Shown here piece by piece: positions 9,597 through 20,133 of a DNA stretch of 64,000 nucleotides. Origin of the DNA: Gammaproteobacteria bacterium (lineage in GTDB: Bacteria > Pseudomonadota > Gammaproteobacteria > JAKDMP01); assembly GCA_049581885.1 (NCBI GenBank), contig JBAUSV010000184.1, positions 2,621-66,620 on the forward strand, given 5' to 3'. The notes under the pieces are model-generated. The model was not told where the DNA came from, ran no database searches, and saw nothing but the letters and a program-made list of their open reading frames with translations. The position numbers and the translations under genes are program-made. Position 1 is the stretch's first letter. Each line of letters starts with the position of its first letter.

Positions 9597-11741
9597 ATGA
9601 CCGAGCAGTCCCCCACGCCTAAGACCGCCAAACCGCGCCGGTCGCCGGCACGCCGCATTCTGAAATGGACCAGCATCACGCTCGGCTCGCTGGTGGTCCT
9701 CATCATCCTTGCGCTAATCATCATCCCGCACGTGGTCAACCTCGGCCCGGTCAAGCACGAGATCGAGCATGTAGCAAGCCAAAGCACCGGGCGCACGGTA
9801 ACCATCGACGGCCCGCTGTCACTGTCGCTGTTCCCGTGGGTGGGTTTCGGCGCCGAGAACGTTACAATGTCAAACGCTTCCGGCTTTGGGGAAAAACCGT
9901 TCATTCACGTTGAGGAAGTTGATATTCATGCCGAACTGATTCCTCTGATCTTTCACCATGTGAAGGTTTCAGGCATCACGCTGGATCACATGACGCTCAA
10001 CCTGGAACGCAATTCCAGGGGTGTCAGCAACTGGCAGGATATGGCTGGTTCGAACAAAGCCGGGCAACGGCAATCGAAGACAACAACATCCGGCACCACA
10101 AACCTTGCGAATCTTTCGGTGGGACGCGTCGCACTGAATGACATGGCGATCAACTACGACGATGCCCGGGCCGACAAACACTACACCTTGACCGGCATCA
10201 ATCTGAAAGCGAGCAACATCGCGAGCGGCCACCCGTTCCCGCTCGAATTTCAGGTGGTGTTCAACAGCCGGCAGCCGCATATAAACGCCGCACTCGATCT
10301 CAACGCGCAGGTGCAGTTCGATAGCGCCCTGGAACACATTGAACTGGACAAGGGCACGCTGAGCGCCAAAATATCGGGTGCCGGACTGTCAGGAACGCTC
10401 GATGCCGAAACGCAGTGGCAAAAGATTGCACTCGACACGAAAGCCGGCACCGCCAAACTGCAAGCCCTGCAAACCACGCTCGCCGACACCACGCTGCATC
10501 TCGATGCCACCGCCAGCGGACTGCGCACAAAGCCCACCATCGACGGACACTTGACCGTCGATCCTTTTTCGCCACGCAAACTGATGGCCACGCTTGGAAA
10601 CCCTCTACCTACGAGCTTGCAGGGCTTTGATCAGGCGAGCCTCGACACCGATCTGCACTATGCCGACAAAGGCGTAAGCCTAGATCACATGAACCTGAAG
10701 CTGGACGACTCCACACTCACCGGTACACTCGCCGTGCCGGACTTGTCCGCGCAAGCTGTGCGCTTCGACCTGGCGCTCGATACCATCGATCTCGACCACT
10801 ACCTGCCAGCCGGCTCAGGTCCGGCCCAACACGCCGCTGCCACCCACAGCAAAAAGTTCATGGAAACCCGCCTGCCGGGGCGTCTGCTGAGCAAACTGAA
10901 CATGGCCGGGCAGATAAAAATCGGCCAGCTCAGCGGCTTCGGCCTCAAGGCCAGCGCACTCACGCTCAAGCTCAGTGCGGCAAACGGCGTAGTCACGCTC
11001 GATCCGCTGACAGCAAGTCTTTATGGTGGTAACTATGTCGGCTCGATCAAGCTCGTACGCGCCGGGCAGGGCATCGCCCTGACTACCCGCCAGAAACTGG
11101 ATCATGTCGATGCGGGGAAAATCATCACGGCACTGGGCGGCGGCAGCCGGTTGTCGGGCACTGCCAATGCACTGATCGAGCTGCAAGGCCAAGGTGACAC
11201 CGTAGCCGAGATGCTCGACACGCTCAAGGGCAACGCCACTTTCGACATCCTGCACGGTGCGCTCGAAGGACTGAATTTGTGGGATTCCCTGGAACGGGCC
11301 TATGCATTGGTCAAGGAACACAAGCAACTGCCTGCCACGGGCCCCAACCGCACCGAATTTGCAAACTTCAAGGGTTCGGCCAACATTGCACATGGCGTAG
11401 TCACCAACGATGCATTGGAAGCCGACCTGCCGTTTATCGCGCTCACCGGACACGGTACAGTGAATCTGGTCAAGCAATATCTGAATTACGACCTGCTGGC
11501 CAAGGTGGTCAAGACACCCAAAACCGGCAGTGCCAATCTGTCCAAGCTCAAAGGCTTGACGGTGCCGATGCACGTCAGCGGCGACTTCTCCGACATTTCC
11601 AGCGTGCCCGACATCAAGAAGGCACTGGAAGCACGCGTCAAGGCCGCCGTGCAGAAAAAACTCGACGAACAGAAGAAATCCGCCCAGGACAAGCTGAAGA
11701 AAAAACTCCAGGATCTATTGAATGGCGGCGGCGGAGGCTGA
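9597..11741 (+). CDS. asmA: AsmA family outer-membrane assembly protein
   Basis: A 714-aa protein with an N-terminal TM anchor followed by long beta-rich repeats typical of AsmA/TamB-like proteins, and a KKLDEQKK C-terminal region. Confidence 0.75.
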   Translation: MTEQSPTPKTAKPRRSPARRILKWTSITLGSLVVLIILALIIIPHVVNLGPVKHEIEHVASQSTGRTVTIDGPLSLSLFPWVGFGAENVTMSNASGFGEKPFIHVEEVDIHAELIPLIFHHVKVSGITLDHMTLNLERNSRGVSNWQDMAGSNKAGQRQSKTTTSGTTNLANLSVGRVALNDMAINYDDARADKHYTLTGINLKASNIASGHPFPLEFQVVFNSRQPHINAALDLNAQVQFDSALEHIELDKGTLSAKISGAGLSGTLDAETQWQKIALDTKAGTAKLQALQTTLADTTLHLDATASGLRTKPTIDGHLTVDPFSPRKLMATLGNPLPTSLQGFDQASLDTDLHYADKGVSLDHMNLKLDDSTLTGTLAVPDLSAQAVRFDLALDTIDLDHYLPAGSGPAQHAAATHSKKFMETRLPGRLLSKLNMAGQIKIGQLSGFGLKASALTLKLSAANGVVTLDPLTASLYGGNYVGSIKLVRAGQGIALTTRQKLDHVDAGKIITALGGGSRLSGTANALIELQGQGDTVAEMLDTLKGNATFDILHGALEGLNLWDSLERAYALVKEHKQLPATGPNRTEFANFKGSANIAHGVVTNDALEADLPFIALTGHGTVNLVKQYLNYDLLAKVVKTPKTGSANLSKLKGLTVPMHVSGDFSDISSVPDIKKALEARVKAAVQKKLDEQKKSAQDKLKKKLQDLLNGGGGG

Positions 11742-12786
11742 GCAGCGGGCGCCCATAGCGCCCTCTGTTATCGCCTGGGCGCGCGAGCATGGCCGCCACG
11801 ACCTGCCCTGGCAGCATCCGGCCACGTCCTACCGGGTGTGGGTCTCGGAGATCATGCTGCAGCAGACGCAGGTAGCCACCGTCGTTCCGTATTTCGAACG
11901 CTTCATGCAGCGTCTGCCCGACTTGCGGGCGCTGGCCGACGCCCCACTCGACGACGTGCTCGCGCTGTGGTCGGGACTGGGCTATTACGCCCGGGCCCGC
12001 AACCTGCACATCGCCGCCCACCGCTGTATGGAAGCACATGGCGGCGAACTGCCAGCGACGCTGGATGCACTCGTCGCGCTGCCGGGCATCGGACGCTCCA
12101 CCGCAGGTGCGGTACTCGCCCTCGGCCACGGCCGGCGCGCTCCCATTCTCGACGGCAACGTCAAGCGCGTGCTCGCCCGCTATCACGCCGTGCCCGGCTG
12201 GCCCGGCAAGGCGGCCACGCTAAGCACCCTGTGGGAACTGGCCGAGCAGGAAACGCCGCGGCGCAACGTCGCCGCCTACACCCAGGCCATCATGGATCTC
12301 GGCGCCACCGTGTGCACCCGCTCCTCGCCCGATTGCGGACGCTGCCCGCTGGCGAGCGATTGCACAGCCGACCTGGACGGCACGCAAGCACTTTATCCCG
12401 CGCCTCGTCCCCGCCGCGCGCGGCCGAGACGCAAGGCCGCCTTCGCCTGGGTCGAGTCCAACGGCCACCTGCTGCTCGAGCAGCGGCCGCCGACCGGCAT
12501 CTGGGGAGGGCTGCTCTGCCTGCCCGAGATCCCCGCCGCGCAAACCCCGCATGCCTGGTGCCGCCGGATGTTCGGCTCCATGCCACGCTCCGTGAACGGC
12601 CAGCCGGGGTTCGAACACGAATTCACCCACTTCCGCCTGAGCGCCGAGGTCGTCGCCCTGGACACGCCGGAGCGCGCGATCACGGACACGCCGATGTTAC
12701 GCTGGTTGTCTCCGGAGGCCGCGTTGGCCGCGGGCCTGCCCGCGCCGATCAGACGCTATATCGAGGCCCACCTGGACGCCGCCTGA
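11722..12786 (+). CDS. mutY: A/G-specific adenine DNA glycosylase
   Basis: A 354-aa protein with the HhH-GPD core ([13 protein letters not shown]), the four-Cys FeS cluster loop ([17 protein letters not shown]), and a C-terminal NUDIX-like domain. It overlaps the asmA end by 20 bp and sits in the conserved mutY-yggX arrangement. Confidence 0.85.
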   Translation: MAAAEAEQRAPIAPSVIAWAREHGRHDLPWQHPATSYRVWVSEIMLQQTQVATVVPYFERFMQRLPDLRALADAPLDDVLALWSGLGYYARARNLHIAAHRCMEAHGGELPATLDALVALPGIGRSTAGAVLALGHGRRAPILDGNVKRVLARYHAVPGWPGKAATLSTLWELAEQETPRRNVAAYTQAIMDLGATVCTRSSPDCGRCPLASDCTADLDGTQALYPAPRPRRARPRRKAAFAWVESNGHLLLEQRPPTGIWGGLLCLPEIPAAQTPHAWCRRMFGSMPRSVNGQPGFEHEFTHFRLSAEVVALDTPERAITDTPMLRWLSPEAALAAGLPAPIRRYIEAHLDAA

Positions 12787-12838
12787 TCGACGGACCGCGT
12801 CAACCCGGCGAACACGTTTTAATTTAAAAGGAACCGAC

Positions 12839-13108
12839 ATGTCCCGCACCGTTCATTGCACCGTGCTTGACCGTGAAGCCGAAGGGCTCGCCAAACCACC
12901 CTACCCCGGCGAACTCGGCCAGCGCATTTACGACAATGTCTCGAAGGAGGCCTGGCAACAATGGTTGCAACACCAGACCATGCTCATCAACGAATACCGC
13001 CTGACCCCGGTGGAGCCCAAGGCGCGCCAGTTCCTGAAGGATGAAATGCAAAAGTTCCTGTTCGGTGCCGGCTCCGAGAAACCCGAAGGCTACGTCGAAC
13101 CCGAATAA
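12839..13108 (+). CDS. yggX: Fe(2+)-trafficking protein YggX
   Basis: An 89-aa protein reading [10 protein letters not shown]...[18 protein letters not shown], the canonical YggX sequence pattern, immediately downstream of mutY. Confidence 0.85.
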   Translation: MSRTVHCTVLDREAEGLAKPPYPGELGQRIYDNVSKEAWQQWLQHQTMLINEYRLTPVEPKARQFLKDEMQKFLFGAGSEKPEGYVEPE

Positions 13109-13153
13109 CCCAACGCCCGTGTCCACTAGAGTCGGGGTAGTCCACCCGTTTGC

Positions 13154-14125
13154 TCAATCGCGTTCCAAATAGCGCACGCTGAATAATCCTTCGGGATCCT
13201 TCCAGGTTTTCTCCAGCCGGAAGCCCCCCTTCTCGGCCAGCGCCGCGAAACGCTCGTCGCCGTATTTGTAGCTCGACTCGGTGTGGATGGATTCGCCTTC
13301 GTCGAAATGGATCGCTTGGCCGCCGAGGTGCGCGGTCTGTTCGCGCTGGCTCACCAGGTGCATCTCGATACGTTCCTCGGCAATGTCGTAGAAGGCCCGG
13401 TGGGCGAAAGTGTCGGGGTCGAAGTCGGCGCCGAATCGGTGGTTGAGGTGGGTGAGCATGTTACGGTTGAACGCCGCGGTGACGCCTTGTGAATCGTTGT
13501 AGGCCGGGTCGATCAGGGCAGCATCCTTGGCCAGGTCCACCCCGATCAGCGCCGCGCCGCCCTCGCCCACCATGTCCGCGAAGTTACGCAGCAGCGCCAC
13601 CGCGTCGTCCGGCTCGAAGTTGCCGAGCGTGGAGCCGGGGAAATACACCACCCGCCGCCGTGCCCGGCGCTCCGCCAGCGGAATCTCCAGCTCCCGCGTG
13701 AAATCCGCCCATACGGGGAGCACTTCGAGTTGCGGAAAATCCTGCGCCAGCGCCTGCGCGGAATGCCTCAAGTGCTCGCGCGCAATCTCGATCGGCACGT
13801 AGGCCACCGGGTCCTCGAAGGCGCGCAGCAGCAGGCGCACCTTTTCGCCCGCCCCGCTGCCCGGCTCGATCACCATCGCCCCGGGCCCGATCGCCCGCGC
13901 CATCTCGGCGCCCTTGTCGCGCAGTATCGACACCTCGGTGCGCGTCGGGTAGTACTCGGGCAACTCGGTGATGCGGTCGAACAGCCACGAGCCTTCCGCA
14001 TCGTAGAAATAGATCGAGGAAATCCATTTCCGAGGCTGACTCAAACCATGGAGCAACTCGCGTAGTTCGTGCTCGTGCTCCGGCGTCTGGTCGTCCAGCG
14101 CCGGCGCCGAATCGGGCTCTTCCAT
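13154..14125 (-). CDS. egtD: L-histidine N-alpha-methyltransferase (ergothioneine biosynthesis)
   Basis: EgtD family protein with the SAM-binding motif IEPGSGAGEKVRLLL and the ELPEYYPTRTE N-terminal region. I trimmed the start to the ATG at 14123-14125, which follows a GGAGAG ribosome-binding site and lies 10 bp after the egtB stop. Confidence 0.8.
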   Translation of the reverse strand: MEEPDSAPALDDQTPEHEHELRELLHGLSQPRKWISSIYFYDAEGSWLFDRITELPEYYPTRTEVSILRDKGAEMARAIGPGAMVIEPGSGAGEKVRLLLRAFEDPVAYVPIEIAREHLRHSAQALAQDFPQLEVLPVWADFTRELEIPLAERRARRRVVYFPGSTLGNFEPDDAVALLRNFADMVGEGGAALIGVDLAKDAALIDPAYNDSQGVTAAFNRNMLTHLNHRFGADFDPDTFAHRAFYDIAEERIEMHLVSQREQTAHLGGQAIHFDEGESIHTESSYKYGDERFAALAEKGGFRLEKTWKDPEGLFSVRYLERD

Positions 14126-14135
14126 GGAGCTCTCC

Positions 14136-15371
14136 TCAGGCATCGCGGGCCAGGCGCAGGCCGGTAAACTGCCAGCGCTGATGGGGGTAGAAAAAGTTGC
14201 GGTAGGTGGCGCGCGCATGCTCGCGCGGCGTCGCGCACGAGCCGCCGCGCAGAACCATCTGGCCGCTCATGAACTTGCCGTTGTACTCCCCGATCGCGCC
14301 CGCCGGCGGGCGGTAGCCCGGATAGGCCAGATAGGCACTCGCCGTCCATACCCAGACGTCGCCCCACAGGTCATCGCCACAGGGCGCGGGATGCAGCCGA
14401 CCGTTGTCGGCGAAGTTACCCTCGGGCGTCGAACCGGCGGCCGCGGTTTCCCATTCGGCCTCGGTGGGCAGACGGGCGTCGGCCCAGCGCGCGTAGGCAT
14501 CGGCCTCGTAGTAGCTCAGGTGGGAGACCGGTGCCGCCGGCTCCAACGGGCGCATCCCGGCCACGGTAAACTCGGCCGCGTCGTCCGCGCTCCAGTACAG
14601 CGGGCGGAGCCAGCCCTCGGCCTTGATCCGGGCCCAGCCATCGGCCAGCCACAGTGCGGGCGATTGGTAGCCGCCGTCGGCGATGAACTCGGCGTATTCG
14701 GCATTGGTGACCGGGCGCGCAGCCAGCTCGAAGGGTCCCAGGTACACCCGATGGCGCGGGGTTTCGTTATCGAAGGCGAAACCGCCGCCTTCGTGTCCGA
14801 TGGCCACCAGTCCACCCGCCTGTTCGTGCCACTGCAGGGCCGGAGGTGGCGCCGAATCGACCGGAGGCAATGACCGCCAAGCCGGTGCCAACGGATTTTG
14901 CGCGAGCACGTGCTTGATGTCGGTGACCAGCAGTTCCTGGTGCTGCTGCTCGTGCTCGCAGCCCAGCTCGACCCGCTCCGCCACACCGGGCGGTGGTGCC
15001 TCCAGCAGCTTCGTCACAGCAGCATCGACCTGCTCGCGATAGTCCAGCACCTCGGCCAAGGTCGGGCGCGTAATGAAGCCGCGGTGGGCCCGCAGGTGCA
15101 TGGGGCCGATCTGGTCGTAATAGCTGTTGAACAGGTAGTCGTAGCCCGCGTGGACACGGCGGTAGCCGTCCACGAAGGCCGCCAGCACGAACTCCTCGAA
15201 AAACCAGGTCGTATGGGCCAGATGCCACTTGGTGGGGCTCACATCCGGCATGGTCTGCACGACCGTGTCCTCGGGCGCCAGGCCGGCGAGCAGCGCCACG
15301 CTGTGCTTGCGCACCCTGCGGAAGCGCAGCGCCAGCGAATCGGCCTCGATTATCCGGGTATTTGCTGCCAT
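14136..15371 (-). CDS. egtB: ergothioneine biosynthesis sulfoxide synthase EgtB
   Basis: A 411-aa protein with an N-terminal DinB_2 domain (WHLAHTTWFFEEF) and a C-terminal FGE-sulfatase-like domain (GGSCATPREHARATYRNFF). It lies immediately upstream of egtD. Confidence 0.8.
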   Translation of the reverse strand: MAANTRIIEADSLALRFRRVRKHSVALLAGLAPEDTVVQTMPDVSPTKWHLAHTTWFFEEFVLAAFVDGYRRVHAGYDYLFNSYYDQIGPMHLRAHRGFITRPTLAEVLDYREQVDAAVTKLLEAPPPGVAERVELGCEHEQQHQELLVTDIKHVLAQNPLAPAWRSLPPVDSAPPPALQWHEQAGGLVAIGHEGGGFAFDNETPRHRVYLGPFELAARPVTNAEYAEFIADGGYQSPALWLADGWARIKAEGWLRPLYWSADDAAEFTVAGMRPLEPAAPVSHLSYYEADAYARWADARLPTEAEWETAAAGSTPEGNFADNGRLHPAPCGDDLWGDVWVWTASAYLAYPGYRPPAGAIGEYNGKFMSGQMVLRGGSCATPREHARATYRNFFYPHQRWQFTGLRLARDA

Positions 15372-15454
15372 GAGCCAAGCCTAACCGGCGGCCGCATTGG
15401 TGTCAAAAGCGACTACCGCGCGGTACACGCTGCCGTCGGGCCGCTGGAATGCAG

Positions 15455-16108
15455 CTACTTGCAGGCCTTGTCCGTGCTCAGTTGGCGCAACCAGTCCAGC
15501 AGTTGGCCATCAAGTTGCCTGACGATGGCATTGGCGGCCTTGACGCCGCCATACGGCGTGGGATCCGCGTCGCGCGACGCTGCAAACACCCGCGTCCCGA
15601 TCACCGTGCCGTCACCGGCATCGGCCAGGGTCGCCGTGTAGCTCAACTGTTCGCTGCTCCGGCGCGAATCGCCCTTGCCGTCGGCAAAGACCTGCAGGGG
15701 GCCGCGGTTGATGCGCACCGCCAGGACCAACCCTGCGTCACCTGGGTCCGTGGGGCCGAGCACGGCCCGGTACAGACCGCTGGCGGCGACTTGGTCGAGA
15801 ATGTCATCGGTCAGCATAGTGGCCGGCGGCGTCGCCCAGCGGTGCCAGGCGAAACTCCCCAGCACCTGGGGGGTCTCGGTGTAAAGCAGGCTCTCGCCCG
15901 CAAACGGCGGACTGGCCTCCACCCCGCGTACGCGCAGCACCTGCATGCAGGCCGGCGCCGTTTGCGAAGAGGCAGCCACTGCCATACCGCTTGCGGGCAC
16001 GGGGGTCAACTGGTACTGGGTCAATGGCTGGGGCTTGGGCTGCGAAAGCAACCCGCAACCGGAAACCAGCACAATTGCGGAACAAAGAATGAGTCGACGC
16101 ATCGTCAT
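15455..16108 (-). CDS. ABC-type transport auxiliary lipoprotein (PqiC/YmbA-like, DUF330)
   Basis: A 217-aa protein with a signal peptide and lipobox (LVSGC). It is the last gene of an MCE/Mla-type operon, and its stop overlaps the next gene's start. Confidence 0.55.
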   Translation of the reverse strand: MTMRRLILCSAIVLVSGCGLLSQPKPQPLTQYQLTPVPASGMAVAASSQTAPACMQVLRVRGVEASPPFAGESLLYTETPQVLGSFAWHRWATPPATMLTDDILDQVAASGLYRAVLGPTDPGDAGLVLAVRINRGPLQVFADGKGDSRRSSEQLSYTATLADAGDGTVIGTRVFAASRDADPTPYGGVKAANAIVRQLDGQLLDWLRQLSTDKACK

Positions 16109-17025
16109 CCTCCCGAGCCTTGCTGTGGATGTTCGCCCGGACCCAGCTTAGCGGGTTTGCCGAACAGCAGGGTATTCGGCTGGCGTTTGAGTTCCTCGAC
16201 GAGGGCGTCGAGGCTGCGGCTCGTCTGAGCCAGTTGCTGCAACAGGTCGTTTGCCTGCGGGGCCAGCAGGCGCAGGCGTGTCGCTGTCTTGTTGACGCCA
16301 CCCGCAGCACTGCCGATCTGTCCGGCGGCTGCGTTGAATTTGCTGATGGTGTGACGCACCTGGGTCATCAGCTGAGGAAGCTGCTTGCTAGCCTCGCGGG
16401 TACTGCCGAGCGTGGCATTCAGATTCTGCAACGCCTGATCGAGGTCCCGTGAGCGCGCCGCCAATTGGTCCGTTACAACGGAAATATTGTGGAGGCTGTC
16501 GGAAATCGACTGAATGTTCCTGTCGCTGAGGATCTTGTCCAGGCGGTTGGCAATACCCATGATCTTGCCGGCCACTTGCTGCGCAGCGGTCGTCAGCGAG
16601 GTCACGCTGGATGCCTGCGTGGGAATGACGGGAAACTCCTCGCCCGCCTTCGCATGCAGGCGCGGCGAGTTGGGTGAACCACCGCTCAAATTGACGTAGC
16701 CCGCACCGGTCACTCCGCGGGTATCCACTTCGGCGCTCGTGTCCTCCTTGATGGGAGCACTTTCGCGGATCGCGAGCAACACGCGGGCACGGGTAGGGTT
16801 GTTCGGATCGAGGGTGACATCTTCTACTCGTCCTACCGGAACTCCGTGATACTGCACCGGCGAGTTGCGGTTGAGAGATCCCGCACCGGATTGGAGATAA
16901 ATCACATAGTCCGTGTCGTTCCCGGAAGCGCCGCCCGCGGAAATCCACAGCAGGGCAGCCACCAGCAAGGCACCGAGCACGAGCACAAAGGCGCCGATAA
17001 CCGTATAGCTGACACGATTCTCCAT
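16105..17025 (-). CDS. MlaD/MCE-domain periplasmic substrate-binding component
   Basis: A 306-aa protein with an N-terminal TM helix followed by an MCE domain (VQYHGVPVGRVEDVTL). It is operonic with the ABC ATPase and permease. Confidence 0.75.
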   Translation of the reverse strand: MENRVSYTVIGAFVLVLGALLVAALLWISAGGASGNDTDYVIYLQSGAGSLNRNSPVQYHGVPVGRVEDVTLDPNNPTRARVLLAIRESAPIKEDTSAEVDTRGVTGAGYVNLSGGSPNSPRLHAKAGEEFPVIPTQASSVTSLTTAAQQVAGKIMGIANRLDKILSDRNIQSISDSLHNISVVTDQLAARSRDLDQALQNLNATLGSTREASKQLPQLMTQVRHTISKFNAAAGQIGSAAGGVNKTATRLRLLAPQANDLLQQLAQTSRSLDALVEELKRQPNTLLFGKPAKLGPGEHPQQGSGG

Positions 17026-17825
17026 CAGACCCCCCGTGTGGCCATGGTCGAAGACACCGAATGGCTCTTTTTTAATTCCAGCTGGAAGAAATAACGTACC
17101 CGCGGATCATCGCTCGCCAGCAATTCGCGGGGCGATCCATCGGCCAGGATGTTGCCTTCATGCAAGAGAATAGCACGGTCGGCCAGGCGCTGGACCGACG
17201 TCAGATCATGAGTCACCATCACCACGGTCGGGCCCATGGCGGCGTGCAGGCGGCCGATCAACTCGTCGAGCGAGCGGGCACTCGCCGGATCCAGGCCCGA
17301 CCCCGGTTCGTCCAGCAGCAGGAATTCCGGATCCAGGGCCAAGGTACGCGCCAGGGCGGCACGCTTTTTCATACCGCCCGACAGTTCGCTCGGCATCAAC
17401 CCTGCGACGGCCGGGTCGAGCCCCACGAGCTGAATCTTGAGTTGGGCGATCTCCTCGACCAGTCGCGTCGGCAAGGAAGTGTGTTCCATCAGCGGGAAAC
17501 CAACGTTACGGCGGACGGTAAATCCACCAAACAACGCCCCGAACTGGAACATGTAGCCCATACGCGCGCGCAATGCCTGCAATTCCGCACCCTGCCGGTG
17601 CAGGCGTTGCCCGAACAATTCCACCGTGCCCGACTGCGGCCGCTGCAAAAGCGCCATCAGCCGCATCAAGGTCGTCTTGCCGCTGCCGCTGCCTCCCAGC
17701 AAGGCCACGATTTCGCCACGGCGCAAATCGAGGCTGATATCGTCGTGCACGACGCGGTGACCGAACCAAGTTCGGATATTGCGCATGCGCACAACCGGGC
17801 CGGTCGAATCGGTGACTTCGCTCAT
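17025..17825 (-). CDS. ABC transporter ATP-binding protein (MlaF-like)
   Basis: A 266-aa protein with Walker A GGSGSGKTT, the LSGGMKKRAALAR signature, and Walker B LLLDEP. Confidence 0.85.
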   Translation of the reverse strand: MSEVTDSTGPVVRMRNIRTWFGHRVVHDDISLDLRRGEIVALLGGSGSGKTTLMRLMALLQRPQSGTVELFGQRLHRQGAELQALRARMGYMFQFGALFGGFTVRRNVGFPLMEHTSLPTRLVEEIAQLKIQLVGLDPAVAGLMPSELSGGMKKRAALARTLALDPEFLLLDEPGSGLDPASARSLDELIGRLHAAMGPTVVMVTHDLTSVQRLADRAILLHEGNILADGSPRELLASDDPRVRYFFQLELKKSHSVSSTMATRGV

Positions 17826-18946
17826 ATGTTCAACATGCTATAGGCAACCGAGAATACCGCATCAATCACGATAACGAAGAAAATGCTCTGTACCACACTG
17901 CGAGTAGTGCGCCGACCGACGCTTTCGGCATTGCTTTCGGCACGGAACCCGTGGAAACAACCCAGAGTGGCAATGACCACCGCAAACACTGGCGCCTTGG
18001 CCAGACCGGTCAGCAGCGTGGCCACGCTCACGCCACGCACCAGCTCATCGGCAAAGGCACGCGGGACAATTCCTCCCACAAAATGGGCAGTAAGGCCGGC
18101 ACCGACCAGGCCCGCAAAATCGGCCAGCACCGTGAGCAACGGCAAAGCAATCAGCAGTCCGAAAATACGCGGCAGCACCAGCATCTCGGCGGGACTCAGC
18201 CCCATGGCCACAATGGCGTCGATTTCCTCCGACACCCGCATGGCGCCAATCTCGGCGGTAAAGGCCGAACTGGTACGGCCAGCCACCACAATGGCGGCAA
18301 TCAGCGGCCCCAGTTCGCGCAGAATCGTCAAACCGGCCAGTTTGGCCACCAGAGCGGTAGCGCCGTAATTCTGGAGCAGATACAGCCCCTGGTAGGCAAT
18401 CACCACCCCGATCAAGAACGAAAGCAGGCCGATGATCGGGACCGCATTGACACCGGTCTGCTCGAGGTGGGTGAAAAACATCGGTAGCCGCCAATGTCGG
18501 CGCTGGGTGAACACCTGCGACCAATGCCGTGCCGTTTCACCCAGGAACGCAAGATAATCCAGGGCGTTGTCACCCACCTTCATGGTGGCGTGCCCGGTAC
18601 GCTGCAGGAAGGTGAAATGCGGGCGCGTCAATTTGATGTCGCGCGGATCCGGCTGCTCGCTGACCATTGAAAGCAGACTGCGAGTGCCCGCACTCATGTT
18701 GACGAATTCCACCTCGCGCCCGGCTTGGTGCAGCGCCCGCAACGCCCGATCAATGAACCAGGCTCCCGAAGTGTCGAGCTTGATCACATCGGAAAAATCC
18801 ACGGTGAGCATGCCGCTGAGCGGCAGCTTGCGCTGGGCTTCGGCATACGCCTTCTCCAGCGTGGCAGCAATCCACGTACCGCTCAGGTAAACGGTATTGC
18901 CTTCCAGTCGAATCCTGGGACGCGTAGCGCTTGCGGTTTCGCTCAC
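17822..18946 (-). CDS. MlaE-family ABC permease with an N-terminal STAS (MlaB-like) domain fusion
   Basis: A 374-aa protein. The first roughly 100 aa look like an anti-sigma-antagonist/STAS domain (VYLSGTW...LTVDFSDVIKLDTSGAWFI). The remainder is a polytopic MlaE permease. Confidence 0.7.
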   Translation of the reverse strand: MSETASATRPRIRLEGNTVYLSGTWIAATLEKAYAEAQRKLPLSGMLTVDFSDVIKLDTSGAWFIDRALRALHQAGREVEFVNMSAGTRSLLSMVSEQPDPRDIKLTRPHFTFLQRTGHATMKVGDNALDYLAFLGETARHWSQVFTQRRHWRLPMFFTHLEQTGVNAVPIIGLLSFLIGVVIAYQGLYLLQNYGATALVAKLAGLTILRELGPLIAAIVVAGRTSSAFTAEIGAMRVSEEIDAIVAMGLSPAEMLVLPRIFGLLIALPLLTVLADFAGLVGAGLTAHFVGGIVPRAFADELVRGVSVATLLTGLAKAPVFAVVIATLGCFHGFRAESNAESVGRRTTRSVVQSIFFVIVIDAVFSVAYSMLNI

Positions 18947-19114
18947 CCTGGCTCCTTGGCGGGGGCAACATTCACACGGCTCATTGTAGCCATTATTGAT
19001 CCGCTGGCCTGCAAGGCTTGACTAAAGCCACTGCAAACGTTTTAATAGCCCCCAGCCGTGGCTGGCGTTGGGCACACAGCGTTGGCTAACGGCTTTTTAT
19101 TCGTTTAATCCGGC

Positions 19115-19190
<76 letters not shown>

Positions 19191-19218
19191 TTCAAGGCAA
19201 CCGCCAAACCTCGTCGAT

Positions 19219-20100
19219 TCAGCTTCCGTAGCGCCGTTCGCGGCGCTGGTAATCGCGCACTGCCCGCAAAAAATCGATGCGCCGAAATTCCGGCCACAGC
19301 GCATCGCAAAAATAAAACTCACTGTAAGCCGACTGCCAGAGCAGAAAACCCGACAACCGCTGTTCACCACTGGTGCGGATAATGAAGTCAGGATCCGGCA
19401 TCCCGGCCGTATAAAGGTGTGCGCTCAACTGTTCGGCGCTAAGTTCAGCCGCAACCGTTTCCAACGACCTGCCCGCAGCCACCGCTTCTTCGAGCACCCC
19501 TTTGACCGCATCGGTAATTTCCTCTCGCCCACCATAGGCCAGCGCGATATTGAGCAGCATACCCTTGTGCCCGGCGGTGGAAAGCTCCAGCGCTTCGCTC
19601 GCTTCGATGACGTGGGGCGGCAACCGGTGGCGCTGGCCGATGATCTTCACCCGCACCTGCTCGGTATCGAGACGCAGGTCGTCGAGCAACGTAGCGCTTT
19701 CATGCACGAACAGGTCGAGCAGATAACGGACTTCTTCCGGGGCGCGGGAAAAATTCTCCGTGCTGAATACAAATAGTGTCACGTGACGCACATCGTATTC
19801 CAGGCACCACTCGAGAAACGTCTTGAGTTTGCGCACACCGAACTGATGTCCGCGCCTTACATCGAGCCCGATACCCCTTGCAAAACGCCGGTTGCCATCG
19901 AGAATCAACCCGATATGCGCCGGCATGGCTGCAGGATCGAGCCGTCGCTCCAGGCGACGCTCGTATAGCCAGTACAACGGGTGGGCCATCAAGCGCAACG
20001 TCCGTCGGGCAATTACCCGTAACACACCCGCCATACTCGGCGCCCCGACTCGCGCCCGCGCTACGTCCCGTTCATTCACGGGTTCCCGGCTTTCATCCAT
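19219..20100 (-). CDS. uppS: isoprenyl transferase (cis-prenyltransferase, UppS family)
   Basis: A 293-aa protein. The core GLILDGNRRFA...HVTLFVFSTENFSR is the UPP-synthase signature. It is about 40 aa longer at the N-terminus than E. coli UppS. Confidence 0.75.
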   Translation of the reverse strand: MDESREPVNERDVARARVGAPSMAGVLRVIARRTLRLMAHPLYWLYERRLERRLDPAAMPAHIGLILDGNRRFARGIGLDVRRGHQFGVRKLKTFLEWCLEYDVRHVTLFVFSTENFSRAPEEVRYLLDLFVHESATLLDDLRLDTEQVRVKIIGQRHRLPPHVIEASEALELSTAGHKGMLLNIALAYGGREEITDAVKGVLEEAVAAGRSLETVAAELSAEQLSAHLYTAGMPDPDFIIRTSGEQRLSGFLLWQSAYSEFYFCDALWPEFRRIDFLRAVRDYQRRERRYGS

Positions 20101-20133
20101 GAACCCTATTGTGCACCTTCGCGATACGGAGAC

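Noticed and set aside
12220-12630. Multiple overlapping 98-136-aa minus-strand ORFs inside mutY
   Set aside because: They are shadow ORFs within a well-supported gene.
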